Below, one piece after another: positions 34,001 through 47,553 of a stretch of 64,000 nt of DNA. A model generated the notes under the pieces. That model saw nothing but the letters and a program-made list of their open reading frames with translations. It was not told the DNA's origin and made no database searches. The DNA is taken from contig JBLDXI010000074.1 of assembly GCA_047495785.1 (NCBI GenBank), positions 1,116,001 through 1,180,000 on the forward strand, read 5' to 3'. This DNA is from Lepidodermella squamata (Eukaryota > Animalia > Gastrotricha). Every line of letters begins with the position of its first letter. The first letter of the stretch is position 1. The translations under genes and the position numbers were made by a program.

Positions 34001-36964
34001 CACTCACTTTTTGCCTCCTATAAACACTCACTCGTTTACCCGCGCGTACAAGTACTCACCAACCTATACTACGATAGCTATATACAGGTACTCGAAATCA
34101 GAATCTACCCGCTGGTCGTGTTGAAAAATTCGGAGTAAACAAGCGCGGCTTTGCCGGCACGTTCCAAGCCGCGCCGTCTCGAGAGCGACGCCACTGGGCA
34201 CCCTAACCAACCACATCATACCTGGCCTGGGCCACTTGAACGAGTTAATTTGCGCCGAGTGAAGAAGATGCGCCGCGAGGCGACAAACCGCGCGCACGCA
34301 GCACCTAATAAAATTTTATTACACGTGCGCGCGCGCATAGTAAAATAGCTAATTTAATATAGGTCATACGCGCCCGCTGTTAAAGCCTGTAACTACTACT
34401 ACTACTAGTCAATTCAATCGTTATTATTGGTTTTGAATTAGCTTCAATGTCTGTCGTTCAATTGAAAACATCAGGTCATCCTAGGGTTGAAAAATTTTCA
34501 CCTGGCCTGTGCCCGCCCATTGAGGCTAAATTATAGGCATTGATGTTAATAGGGTGTCTACCCCACCAGCAGCAGCAGCCATGACAGGGGCTATGCGTGG
34601 CTGGGAAAGGCCCATCGACGACGCTGTCACCTTTTCAAGAGACGCGCGCCCACCCCCTTTCAATCACCTTGTAATTTTTGCGGCCGGAAATCGAGTTCAC
34701 GCGCAGGTTAACAACTGGTATCTTATATTATAATTGTAATATAATGCACTCTGAAAATAACCCAACCCGAAACCGTAACATATAGGTCACGCAGTTGATG
34801 ACGTTTTATTTACTATCAAGTGCGTGAGTGACATTTTCCTCATCAAATTTGTTCACATATTTTCAATTAAATCAGTTTGAATCAGTAGTCGGTCAGGCAC
34901 TCGTAATTGGGTCAATAATTTCTTGATTAAAGTTTACGCTATCTCAATTAAATGTCCCTTTCCCTCTAGAATTTTGCAATATCTTATAGAAATATCGATA
35001 AATTTTCAGAAATCGTTATTTATTTAGAATATATTTTAGCTATATATTTTTGGGACATTCATTATTGTGTCCCAAATTAATATTTGAAAAATTCTGAACT
35101 CGCTATCATTATATTCTTTTGGAAATTTTTTAAAATGATAGAAACTATTTCCCATGAATTTTTGTGAAAAATTCGGAATTTCGAGCATCTTCAAAATGTT
35201 CAGACTTGGTCAAGTAAATTCCCGGAATTTTTCCCATCGTCGCACTCATGTATAGGGTAGGTACCTGGTTTCGTTCGGTAATTGCGTGCTCCAAGTACTT
35301 AGCCGCCTTGGCACCCTTTTAACCATCTCACTCAGTCTCATCGCATCGGCGCATAGTCCAAATTCCAAAAAGCGCGCTAACACAGTTGCGCAAGCGTAAT
35401 AGGCCTTGCCGCAAAACCAAACACGCGCGCAACAACAAACACTGCGTTAAAAGGACGAAGGAGAGAATCGAACGCAGCATCTAGGCACGCATATTAAGTA
35501 GTAAGGAAACAGGCCCTCACACGCGGTTACAGAAAAAGCCGCCACAGTTGACACGCTCGCCGACGTTGTTTGTACTTGTTATTATATTACCTGTAACAGC
35601 GATTGTTACTTAGCTACGACGAGCGATTGTTACACACACATTAAACTATCGAACGTGACTTGCGCCTTCAGTTCAACGAGCCAGAAAAACGGCGCATTTC
35701 CTTACCCAATTTTAAACCTTGATATATCTATGTAGCCATCTAGGTAATAAAATTTTCAATTTATTATTATATTGTTAGCATCATCAGCGGTGTAACACGT
35801 TGTAAATTACCTGTTACGCCGATTAACATGTGTTGATGGCGTTAGTTAGGCCTTTCTTACAATATAGCAGCATTTCCTTACGACCAGTGCGCGATTATAA
35901 TTATTATGAATAATGGCCATAAATAATTTTCTGCGGCGTCTAGCGGCGCCGTCTCGCCATGTGCGCGTATAAGCCACCTTAAAATTTATTGCCTTTTAAT
36001 TCCGCTCACTTGACTTGACACGGCCATCCATATGCGAGCGCGGATTAAATTGTCGCAGTCGCTAAATTTTTGGCCCGCTGCTGCAGTAACGATTTTCAAC
36101 GCATCACGACTCAACGCTCGGTCAGAAATGACCCCACCCGACCGCCTTATTAGCATTTTGTCGTCTGACACGTTTTCAGCCTTACACTCGATAAATCGTC
36201 GCCTCGTTATCTTCAATGGCCATCGTTGATAATTTACTGGCGTGGCCCAATACGGGTTTTGTTACATTTTGGTAGCCAGCTTAACTTTATTAGGACATTT
36301 GATACCTTGAGTATAATTCTTCTTGGGGTAAGGATTGGTGGTATAGGAATAGGACTAGGCAGAGAGCTTAGAAGTTTTCCGTCTATAATGTTTCTATTTT
36401 TTTATTTTTTCTTTTAATATTTATTTTTGGATGAAAGTTCTTCGTTACCTGAAGGGAGATTAGGAAAACGAAAATTTGTCCACTTTAGCGGAGCTCTGTG
36501 TTTTCTAGCTAGTTGATCTTGGGTTCGAGGACCACCAATTTCGCAACTTTATTTAGTGTCTATTTCCTTTTCAGCTTCCTATTTTCTTTGGACCGAACAA
36601 ATTCCATCATAAATTTAGGGCCCTAGCTTGAAATTACCCACCCTAAATTGATTCACAATTTTTTTATTTTTTTTTCCTAATACAAATTCGTAAAGGTGTA
36701 TTAAGGTGTTAAGGCGTGTACACGCATCCTAAATTTAGGATCTAAATTTGAAGCTTCAGCCCTCAAAATATGGATCTTTGAGTTTCAGATCTTCCTTTGT
36801 ACTTCAATTTTCAATTAATTTACATTTTTTTGAAAATATTTTCATATAGATTTTTGTGTGTTAAAATTACTCAATTTTCTAACGGCTCAATATTTGTGTC
36901 ACCCTACGTATTTCTGAAATCAGCAATATAGCAATCGCATTTGCTCATCAGTAAAAAAACCGCC

Positions 36965-39322
36965 ATGCTGAAAGCGATTTTCCTAATCGCGGCAATTTAC
37001 CTGGCGATCAGTCACGGTCAGCTGATCACCCCGCGGCAACGCATGTCATCGAACCGGCACAGGTCCGTGCAGCAACCTGGTTCTTCTAGTTCGAAGCCAT
37101 CGATCGGTAAAACTTCAACCTCCCTACCGGCTACAACACGCGTGAAATGGCCGAATTGCCCGATCAATTTATCGCAATGGTGTACGTGCTTCCCGATATT
37201 GGACGAGATCATCGACTGCCGAGCTGATCCGCAACTGAAAACCGATATCGATAATTTACCCGAAGGGTTGCTGCAGCTTCGAATTTCTAAATCGGACCTT
37301 GAAAACTGGCCAGCGAACTACTTCCAAGCTCTGAATGCCCTGCAATCGCTGGAACTATCTGACAATTCGATCTCCGAACTTGACGATCAATCGTTTCACG
37401 GTCTTTTTGCTTTGAGGAAGCTAAGGCTGGAACGTAATAGTTTATCGAAGCTCCCAGATCGTCTACAGGATTCCATTCCGATCTTGGAGGAACTCTGGAT
37501 CAGCGCCAATCAGTTTTCGGACCTTGGCCAGGTTACTAAGGACCTTCCGGGAACGTTGTGGAACTTGGACCTGTCGCTCAATATGATCAAGGAAGTTCTA
37601 CCTCAACATTTTCGCAAGATCCCAAGGCTGAAACGGCTGAATTTATCGAAAAATATGATCAATTCTATCTCGCCAAAAGCCTTTTCCGCATTATCCGAAC
37701 TCGAATTTCTGGACCTAAGCGGGAATAAATTAGCCGAACTGGACACGACAGCTTTTTCAGGCCTATCGGGGCTCAAAACCGTCGATTTATCCGGGAATTC
37801 GATCAAATTCCTTAGCAACGAACATTTCGAAGGTCTGAATCTGATTCAGGACGTTTGGCTGTCGAAAACTGCCCTAGTCTGCGACTGCTTCCTCGTCCCA
37901 TTCAAACAATGGACCCTAGCTCGGGGTGTTTCGTTGTACAAATCGCTGGAATGCGATAAGGATAACTTGTGTAACGGACCGCTGTGTACTTGGCCCGAGT
38001 CGAACCCGAATGGCGAGTTGACGGACGAGTTGGGATTCGGACTCAGCTCGGCGCCGAAATATTTGGTTGATATTGGCGTTTCGGATTTGATTTGCCCGAC
38101 TACAACGACTACAACCACAACCACGGTACGCTAATTTCGTTTAGACGTTTTATAAAAATTGAATTAAAATTGTTGGAAAATTCCAGAAAAAAATTAGTTT
38201 GATGAACTAATTTGTCCTAATTTCTTAAATTTCTTAAAAATATGGACATTTTTTTCAGAATTTGTGCAAAATTGAATTTTTTGAATTTTAATATCGAGAA
38301 TGCCATGACATAAAATTTCGAAATTTGAAATTCGGAAATTTTAATTTGATAAACAATTATTGATTCTAATTTTTCAATGTTTCTTTAGCTATTTGAAATT
38401 TGAATTTTTTTAAAAATTAACTGTCAATTTTTCATTTATTATTGATGATTTTCAGACCACAACATCGACTACGCCGAAACGAATTATTATAACGGAATCT
38501 CTTCTACCGATGGTTTCACCTGGCCGACTTCCGAATGCCCACCACGCTGGAACCGCCCAGGCCGCAGTCGCCGGCAATAACCCGCTCATGGACGACACTT
38601 TCGTCGTAATAATCGCCGCAATCGTCGCCGGCGTTGTAGTCGCCGTAGTCGTGCTAATCGCCGCCCTCGTCGCGTCTCGAAAAATCGCGAAACACCGCGC
38701 CCGAGCCCGGTTACTAGCCGGGGCTTGCAAGTTGGCCGGCAAACAAAACCGATCGGAAATAACCGAAAATGCCCGAAATACCATTTGCCTGGGCTGCCCG
38801 AACGACGGCCACGCGTCATCGGCCTCGAGCGCGGCTTCGACATCGTCCGGCTCGTGCCCGGTCCATGCAGGTCACAACGAGGGCGGGTCAACCGCCAGCT
38901 CCGACCTACCGGGTACCAACTGGTTATCATCATCAACCCCGGAAAAATCGAGCTGGGAAAACGCTCGGAAATGCTACTCGAACTTCAACCAATACGGCGC
39001 TGATAATCGATTCCCGATTTTGCACATCGGTACCAGCGATGGAACCGCTACGGTACCATCGCGGAACCACCGTGCTGGGCTGCTAGCCGTGCGCCAGCAA
39101 TCACCCCCACCGCCGGCCCCCATCGATTTCGCCTCGGCTTTCGAGTCGTCGAATAATTTATCGCAGGGTGACTCATCGTTCGGCGCCGCGCAGCACTGTT
39201 ACAACGTGTCGACCCAGCAGCGAAGTGCCGTGTCGCACTCGCAGTCGTTTCCCGCTGTCCTCAGCGTCTCTGAATCTTCACTGCCCATACAACCGCCTGG
39301 AAATACCGAAACTTTTGTTTAA
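36965..39322 (+). CDS. Type I transmembrane leucine-rich-repeat protein (~675 aa; exons 36965-38125, 38456-39322)
   Basis: Signal peptide, LRR-NT (CP..CTC..IIDC), ~8 LxxLxLxxN repeats, LRR-CT (CDC..W..C), Thr stalk, TM helix FVVIIAAIVAGVVVAVVVLIAALV, C-terminal ETFV class I PDZ-binding motif. Confidence 0.9.
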
Positions 39323-39623
39323 TTAACGATTTTTTGTTGAAAATTTTATTGCTCACACCATCTCATGACAATTAACCTTTATATTATTATTGATAGAATT
39401 ATTTCACGCATAATTTTTTGTGTTGAATAAATTAATTGTATGTAGTAACTGTTGTAAAAAATAGCCGTAGATTTTCTCGTTTATGTTTGCGAAATTAGCC
39501 GTGACAATCGATGCCAAAAAATATTTGAATAAAATTTTACAATAAAAAATGATTAACTAAACGAGACAGTGGTTTTTTCCGTAATTATTTATTGAGCAAT
39601 TTTTGGAAAAATTCGGATTTTCG

Positions 39624-42182
39624 TTAACATCTGTAGCCGACTGATTTATCTTTGCTGGAAAAAACGAAGGAAATTGTCGCGCCGCAGTCGAGGCGATGGC
39701 GGTGTTGCAGCCGATTCGGGTCGACGGGCATGACCCGGAACTGGTCGAGCGGGAACAGAGCCTGTTGGCAGTACTCGGTCAGCATGTCGAGCACTTCATG
39801 GCCGCAGCATTCGTAGGTACCGGCCAGAGAAGGCTCAAGGTAGTACACGTGAGTCTAAGGGAGAAACCAAATAAAAATAAAAAAAATATTTTTTTTAAAC
39901 GGGAAATTATTTAAGCTAAAAATGTTGGGCCGCTTCAACTTTTCTTGAATTTTCGATAAACAAATATTTTATAATTATTTTTAAATATTTTCTGAAATTA
40001 CCAAATTTATATAGTGATTTGTTGCCGTTTAAATGAACAATTAAATTGATTTTCCTTACCCGGCAAATGAACGGTATGAAATTAGTAGGCAGCTTTATCG
40101 TCGCAGGTGTCGACGATTCTGAAGTCGTCGCCTCATCACTAGTTGCATTTGTTTGAACAGGTTTTGTAGTAGCTGTTGTCGTAGTAGTTGTCGTAGCTTT
40201 TGTCGTAGTTTTTTTGGCGGTAGTCGTTGTGGGCTTTGGTGTTGTAGTGGTGGTAGTAGTGGTTGTAGTAGTAGTAGCTGCTCCAACTATCGCCTCGCCG
40301 CTTTCGCCTCGGTGGCAAAAATATGTTCGCGAGTCGTAAATGACCTTGTCCGCGCAGCAGGCCAAGTTCGGATTCGCGAGGCGAAGCTCGGACAAATTTA
40401 TTTTGTCACAATACTAAAAATAAAAAATATTTTGATAACAAGCCAACACAGTGCTTCAAAAAATTAGAAACTCTCGTGTGAGATTTCAATTCAAAAATTT
40501 CAAAAATGCCACACTTAATGTTTTCAATTGTTGGAAAAAATTAAAAATTACATTGTCGGCTTTTGAATCTGGACCGTAACCGGGTAGGAAAGGCGGCAGC
40601 AAGGCCGGTAAAATGCCGCCGTGGTTGAAATTGGCCGGGCCCATGATACCAAACGGCATGTTTCTAGCAGTCAGCGCCGCGACTGTGTCCGGAAAAACCG
40701 ACTGCTCAACGGGTAGCTGTGTTAGCTGGTGATGAGACGGAGCACTTCGCTGCTGTTGTTGCTGCTGTGACTGTATCGGTTGCTGAACGGGTTGAATATT
40801 TGAATTTTGCTGGTTCAAGGGCTCCTAAATTTTCAAAATTTATTTGATTAATTTATTGGATTAATTTTGTTCCGAAATCTTTAAAATCGTTGACTAATTT
40901 TTGTTTTCTACCGCATAAAATGCCCAGAAAAAAAATCCTGCAAATTTTTAAAAATTTCCAATTTTTCAAATTAAATTTTGGTGAACAGAAAAATGAAAAA
41001 TTTCAAACTCACAAATGGGAAAAATAAATTCTCGCGACCAGATAACAATCTATCTCCTTGTTGCTAATGGAGTAAAAAAATCAGGAAAAAATATCTTCAA
41101 TGCGATCATATATTATTACCAGCCAAGATTCGAGGAGACTAGTAGGCGCTTCGTTTTTCCTCTGAATTTGCTGAATTTGCTGAATCTCAGCTTTTCTCGG
41201 CTGTTGCGTTATTCTAGCAGGCTGCGGCGTCGTGCTTGTTTGCTGCTGACCTAGTTTCCGACTGCTGTCAGACGCGTTGACCTTATTTCGATTATTATTG
41301 CCCTCATTGCCTATGCTGTCAATCAGCTGCATCAAACTCTCCCAGTCAATTTCGATTTGTTGCGATAGATTTCTGCCAGTTTCATGCTGGTTCGAATTAA
41401 ATATTGACCCAACAGGTAATTGCTGTGTACAAAAATAATGAGAAAATATTTTAAATGATTCAGGATTTATTTTACATAATTCCCCAAGTTTCCGAGGTGG
41501 TCCAATTTTCTCTGCAACTCGATGATTAGCGGCGGGTCTGTTGTTTCGGTCTTCAATTTTTCTTGTGTTACCCCAAATGACTGAGAAATATAAGGTATAA
41601 TGACGATTTAATTAAAGATTCTTGTATTACGGTTTCAGGAGGTCTTTCACTCGGCTTCGGTAGTGCTTTGATCTGCTTCGGACTAGGCGCTTGTTCCACT
41701 GGGACCAGATTGAATTCCTGCTTTGATTGTTGCTGAGTTTCAGCTAAACCAACCACAGGTATATTCGCAGACTATAGGAATCGAAAAATACATGACTGCC
41801 TCAATATTTTTTGGAAAATATCAAAATTTATTCGAAAATCAAACAAATTCCTGAGTTATTGAAAGTTGGAATTTTACGAATAGGATTTTTCCTAAAACTT
41901 TCGAAATTTTACCTCGGCCTGGGTTCGATTGGCTGCGTAGCAAATAAAACTGCCACAGCACGTGTAGACGAAATCAACGTCGATGTAAATGACTCCGTTG
42001 CAGCATAATTGAGTCAGGTAATCGTAGGTCACGTGCCGGCACGGATCATCGGCTAAAAAGCGAATTAAATATCGGAAAATTATGCGAAAAGCACTATTTT
42101 TACGTCTATAAAACGAGTTCGCCCCAGCATAAGCGATTAAGATTGCCGATAGGTTAGCTAATAAAAGTTTTGAGATATTCAT
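39624..42182 (-). CDS. Secreted modular di-cysteine (galaxin-like) protein: CysA - Gln-rich linker - CysB - Thr-rich - CysC; ~9 exons
   Basis: Exons join in frame via GT-AG introns. Motifs DPCRHVTYDYLTQLCCNGVIY..YTCCGSFIC; YCD..NPNLACCADKVIYD..FC; FICR..YECCGHEVLD..EYC...YRC*. Confidence 0.75.
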
Positions 42183-42661
42183 TTTCTTAAAAATAGCTAC
42201 GTCTCTTCTAATGCTGTTGTCTATGGTATATAGGAGAGCTCGGTCGTCAAGTTTAATAAATTATTTCAAAATCCTATTGTCACTAAAGATTTTGAGGATT
42301 TTTATTTGAAAATTCCTGTTTTTCTCGTTAACAACAAAAGAAGGCAAAAAGTCACCCGAGCGACAGGGTGACAAATACATTTTTTTATTTATAATGAAAC
42401 GCGATTGTTATTAACGCTCATAATTACACATGGCCGCGTGTGTTTTTAATTGTGCGCTAATTTTAATGTCGCGCATCTTTTGTTGAAAAATTGATGCGCA
42501 TAACAATGCAAATTATTACCGATTTTTCGGGGTACCATTAAAAAATTCAACCAAAAGAAGTCGAGCGCTGAAGGAAAATCACTTTTGGGAAGTAAACATT
42601 ATTAATCTTTTTCGAAACCTGAGGAGTCATGCGTAACGAAAAAAGGTTTTATTTATACATT

Positions 42662-43331
42662 TTATTTTCCACTAGGCCGATAGTAAATGTTAGAATTAGG
42701 AAAACCAGCAGGTTGCGCTTCGTCGGGCATTGAAAGCCGGTACCTTGATTCGGTCGGTTTTTTCACGGTCGTGCTTCGCTGCGCCGATTTATTGACGCGT
42801 CTCACGTATGCAAGTGGCAGGCTCGATGTCTAAAATAAAATTTCAAAAATTCAAATGTCAAAACTTGAAGCTCATAAAATTGAAAACAAAATAAAAAATC
42901 TGAAAAGCACTTCGGAGGACGCTACGAATTTCGAAAGGAATGAGATACAAAATGTAGGATTTTACATCGACAACTTGGCCGGTTTTAGCACTGCAAATTC
43001 CGCCGTTGCAGCAGACAAGCGAGTAGCTTGGGTCGTGGTAGGCGTTGCCTTGGCAACACACAAGTTCTGGTCTCGCGATTACAACGTGGCGGCAATAACT
43101 CGGATCGTCATACCCTTAAAAATTAAAAAAAAAAGTAAAAATATTGGGAAATAAAAACCAAAATATCTAATTTTAGAACGATTTCTGCTTAGGTATTTGG
43201 ATATAAATTTCATAAAAAAATGTGTTACAATTCAACAAACATATTTTTTAAAAGAAGCTTCAATTACTTGGGTAAGCCAGGGCAGTTGCCAGCGGAAGAA
43301 CTGCGGAAGCCAGGATGAGTACAGGTAGCAT
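42662..43331 (-). CDS. Secreted CysA-only galaxin-like protein (3 exons)
   Basis: MLPVLILASAVLPLATALA signal; YDDPSYCRHVVIARPELVCCQGNAYHDPSYSLVCCNGGIC. Last exon inferred. Confidence 0.7.
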
Positions 43332-44614
43332 TATATTTCTGTTTTCTGCTGCTTTTGAATACTTCTTCACACTGCAGAATGAGTAATGGCGAAGAAAGCG
43401 AACCGTTCATTAATTTCACAACCGCCTTATTGCTACAAGGCATAATTTGGCTGACTTTCATGGCTGTCGCAGTAACGGCTCCTTTGTTATCTTATAATGG
43501 ACCATTCTAAGTGCCGGCGAGACAGTGTGCGCTTTTCTATAACGTGTTTAATCAAGACTTAACACCGTGGCTCAATTAACATTTCAGGAAATAACTTGAG
43601 ATATGCTTGAAACATCTTGAGTTCCAAATTGACCATTTACCTGAAGGAAATTGAAATTTTCCGAAAATATCCGAAAAAACCCGATAAAAAGTGGTATTCG
43701 GAATTCGGAAATACTTGATCATTATTCAGCCGATCTACTCCTTATTGATAAACATTTTATTGGCATTTTGGTTTCTCTTCAGAACTGATTAGAAATTACT
43801 CAGATTTTAGATCATCTGAGTAACTAAGCCAGTTTGAACAAGGTCAGCTCGATTCTTCCAACAATGTACGACTGCCCTGACAGTGAGATCTCACAAATAT
43901 TGAAAAAAATTCAGTCAAGTGACAGCCGAGGTGTGAGATGCGCAATGTACACGTCCTTAGCATTATCACTTGGTATCACACGTCTGGGTAAAGCTGATAG
44001 ATGATAGCTGAAAAGCTGAGCCGAGCGACAAATCCAAGTTTATCCTTTGAGAGATCCTAGATCAGCAAGAGAAGACCTCGTCAAGTATACTCTCCCATAG
44101 TTAACACATCTCGAAGTTTCCAAAAGCGTGGGTTGTCGACAAGCGTTATTAGTAGTGGTGAGTAATTGACGAAAATTTCCGTTTGGCTTCCCGTCAAATG
44201 TAGTGCGTGACCCATAATCGCCACCTACTGTCTCCAGCTAGGCTGCAACAACAACAGCAAATAATTCGTCACAGCGCGTGATATATACGCAACACCCCTG
44301 CTTGGAGTTATTGCGATAAAAAACTGACAACAGAAAAAGATTTAACAGAGCCGTCGAATGAACTTTTTAAACCGCCACGGCCGTCGCTAATCCGCAACGC
44401 ACGGCTCTGCATGACGCCAGACTGGCTTGGTTGGTGATCGTCTTCGGGCTGTGTGTGCTTTTTCAACGTATCCAACTTTTTCTTTCAATTCAACTATTTT
44501 CTTGAAAAACATCACACCTGTTCTTTTCAGGAATAGGATTAAGCTTGTCTATTCACAAATTTGCTAGCCGGCTGATTGATTCACTGAAATTTATCAATTT
44601 TATGTTGTAGGAAA

Positions 44615-46964
44615 ATGATTAGACATAGTGGATTGATTTTTTCGGCCTTGGCAGTCTTCCTCTCCACAGGTACAAGTTTTAGCTTCGATTTCAGTTTTTA
44701 ATTAGTTTGAATCGTTCATTTTTCGCAAGACTATCGTATGAAGTAATTATTAGCAGTAAACTCTGCGCATTAACAAGTAACCTTGATATAGCCTTATTTG
44801 ATTGATATAGCCAAAATTGATATAGCTATTTGCATATTCATAAATCATCTGCGCTAATTATATTGCATTTTGAATATTCATACCGGCAATAAACCGGGCT
44901 GGTGAGAATTGACCTGATTATCGGAGAAATTATGCCTAATTTGCATATTCGCCACGTTCATAGCTCATTTGCATTTAAACCTTGCTCCTAGCTCATTTGC
45001 ATATTCACAATATTCATACACAATTTTCAAACTTATTCAATGCTTTTTCTCATATTTTCTCACCATCTAGTTGCGGCACAGGATTGTTCCAATACAAGGT
45101 TTTACATCCCAACCGATAATTTCACAGCCTCGCCGTATCCTTACGTCGAGGCTGGACTGCAGCTGTTTACGAGTCTCACGATTCCATGTGATGGTAAAAC
45201 TTTTGCCTATGCTCAAATTAACCCAGGAATGCGTCTGCCGTATAGGTGATTTGGTCGCATGGCAATTTCTGCCGCGTTCGCAGTACGTCCTGCAGCTTCA
45301 TTTAGCTGTTTTCAGGAAGCGAACCACCAAGGTTTACGAGCAGGTCGGCGAGAGCTATTTTGACCTGAAACGCATCAACGTATCTCTGATAACCGTAGCT
45401 GCCGACCCCAAAATTGCTGTCAAAGCCGGGGATATCATCGGTTTGTCATAAGAGATACATTTTCAACACTTACCTGCAATAAAATGTTGCCAGGAATGTA
45501 CTACGACGATTTCCAAAGCTTGAACGGCCAACTTACAATCAGAAGCCAGACGTATTTGAATACTGCTAATGTAGCTCCGACCTATGTCAAGCTTTGGGAT
45601 AGCTACGAACTTCGAGCTCGAAATAGTAAGCATCGGCTATAGAAATGAAGCATTGCTTTATCTGCCCCTAATAGATATTGTCGATATCACCGATGCGTCA
45701 ACACAGTGAGTTGTTTTACTCCAAAAGCTGGGGTTCCGAATTAATTTCTGTAATAAATAGATACCGTGTTCCTGCTCTTGCCGCAGTGATCGATACATCG
45801 CCGTTTTTAGGTCCAATCCAGGGCTTAATTCGCTCTTTGTCAACGTTGTCTCCTACGCCAGAACCTCAGACGGCTCCGCCCACTTTTGAGCCCCCAACCA
45901 TACGTACTCGTACTACTACAACTACGCGTAGCACGACACGAACAAGGCGCATCACGACTACAACTACAGTGGGACCTGATTCCGGCGACGGTGGCAATTT
46001 CCTGGACTTGTTCACTAACCGAAATCTGCTGACGGCGTCGACAACAACAGCCAATTTTGTGCCCTGGAGGACAACTACATATCCCTCGCAAATACCTTCG
46101 ACTTACAGTAAGTTCATTGATCCCTTCCGAAAGGTGAAGAGATTCTGAAGCTTACTGACTTACTGACTATGGGGTAGGGAACTAGATAGATTGCGCTAAT
46201 TAGAGACCTCCATGGTTGCGATAATACCCAGACCAATTTCAGTGGTGTTTCCCTGGTTTGATTCTGGTGTTTTCTTTGGTAAATTCGAATTTTCAGTTGG
46301 GATCGAAACTTCGATTGGAGATAAGTTGTGCGTTCGAGAGCCATGTTTAGGGAATAAAGTTGCATTAAACCAGGAACTGCGCATGACCTGCACAATTTAA
46401 GATTTGATTAGCACGGATAATCGTCACTTCATTTCCTAGCTTGATTATTTACTAAATACTCTTACTACTTAAGGATGCCAAATTGATTCAACTTCGGTTC
46501 CTGACTGCACCGTGAAGACGATCCGAGCCTATTACGAACAGTCAACTCGCGTGTGCCGCGAGTTCTACGGCTGCCCGTCTATAAACGACAACGGGAACAA
46601 CTTCCGCTCTCTGGCTGAATGCCGTTTCATCTGCTCCAACGATCAGCCCCCTGTTGCCGATGATAGTAAGCGATGGCTTCATCAAGAAAATGAAAGCTAC
46701 TGTTTTCTTTCTATAGTTTGCCTCAGCTCCCCGGTAGCCCCAGAATACTGCTTCGCCAAGACAACGCGATTCTTCTACGACTCGAACAGTCAAGCCTGCA
46801 TGACGTTCAACGGTTGCCCTCTGCCCGCCGGAGCATCTGGTAACAACTTCGACACGCTCCAGCAGTGCAACCGCTGCAAGGGACAAGTTGTCCTTAATCC
46901 CGTCAATCAACCCGTCGCTCTTCCACCAGGTCGTAGCAACGATAACTTCGTCTGGGCACCCTAA
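44615..46964 (+). CDS. Secreted protein: N-terminal beta-rich domain, Thr-rich mucin-like linker, two atypical Kunitz/BPTI domains
   Basis: Signal MIRHSGLIFSALAVFLSTVAA; IPCDGDLVAWQF...VKAGDIIG domain; CQIDSTSVPDC..RAYY..CREFYGC..GNNFRSLAECRFIC and CLSSPVAPEYC..RFFYD..CMTFNGC..GNNFDTLQQCNRC. Linkage across 46108-46473 is inferred. Confidence 0.75.
44828..45007 (+). promoter_or_regulatory. Cluster of four octamer motifs (ATTTGCAT) in the first coding intron
   Basis: ATTTGCAT at 44828, 44939, 44967 and 44995; three are followed by ATTC. Confidence 0.5.
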
Positions 46965-47553
46965 AAATGCCGTCTCTTCCCTGCGAAATTCTTACTCGGA
47001 CTGTTTGATTTGTTAGCATTTAAACAGAGGTCCTTTTCAGAAGTTGCACTGCCCACACCTCTGATTATGAATCGTTAGGTTTAAGTTTTCTAGCTGTTTT
47101 TGTTAGGGATAACTTAGCTTATACCGGTGGCAATAAAGTTTTTCATCGTTGACATTTACTTCAGCCATCTTGGAATCAGCTCTCAGCCGAATGTTTTTAA
47201 TCCCTTACGATAGTGTCACGCGGAGTCTCATAAAATTGTTCCGAGTAGTTTAATTCTATAAATGAACTATCGAATTATAAATTTATGTGTACTAGATGCT
47301 CACAAAACTTATAACTGAGCAACGCCATTCATATGCCATTCATCGATTTGGAAACCCTAGACTATTGTCGATTGACCATGTGATGCATCAATCGATGTCG
47401 ATGTTCAAGCAGATTGATTTCGGCATTGAACTTTGTGTTACCTCATTGCTATCAGGATTAGACTCGTCCCTTGAAATAGAATTGTTTGAACCTTTCGATG
47501 ACGCAGGTGGGTTACGATTAATTAGCTCAATGTCAGGCGAAGAGCGGTATTTC

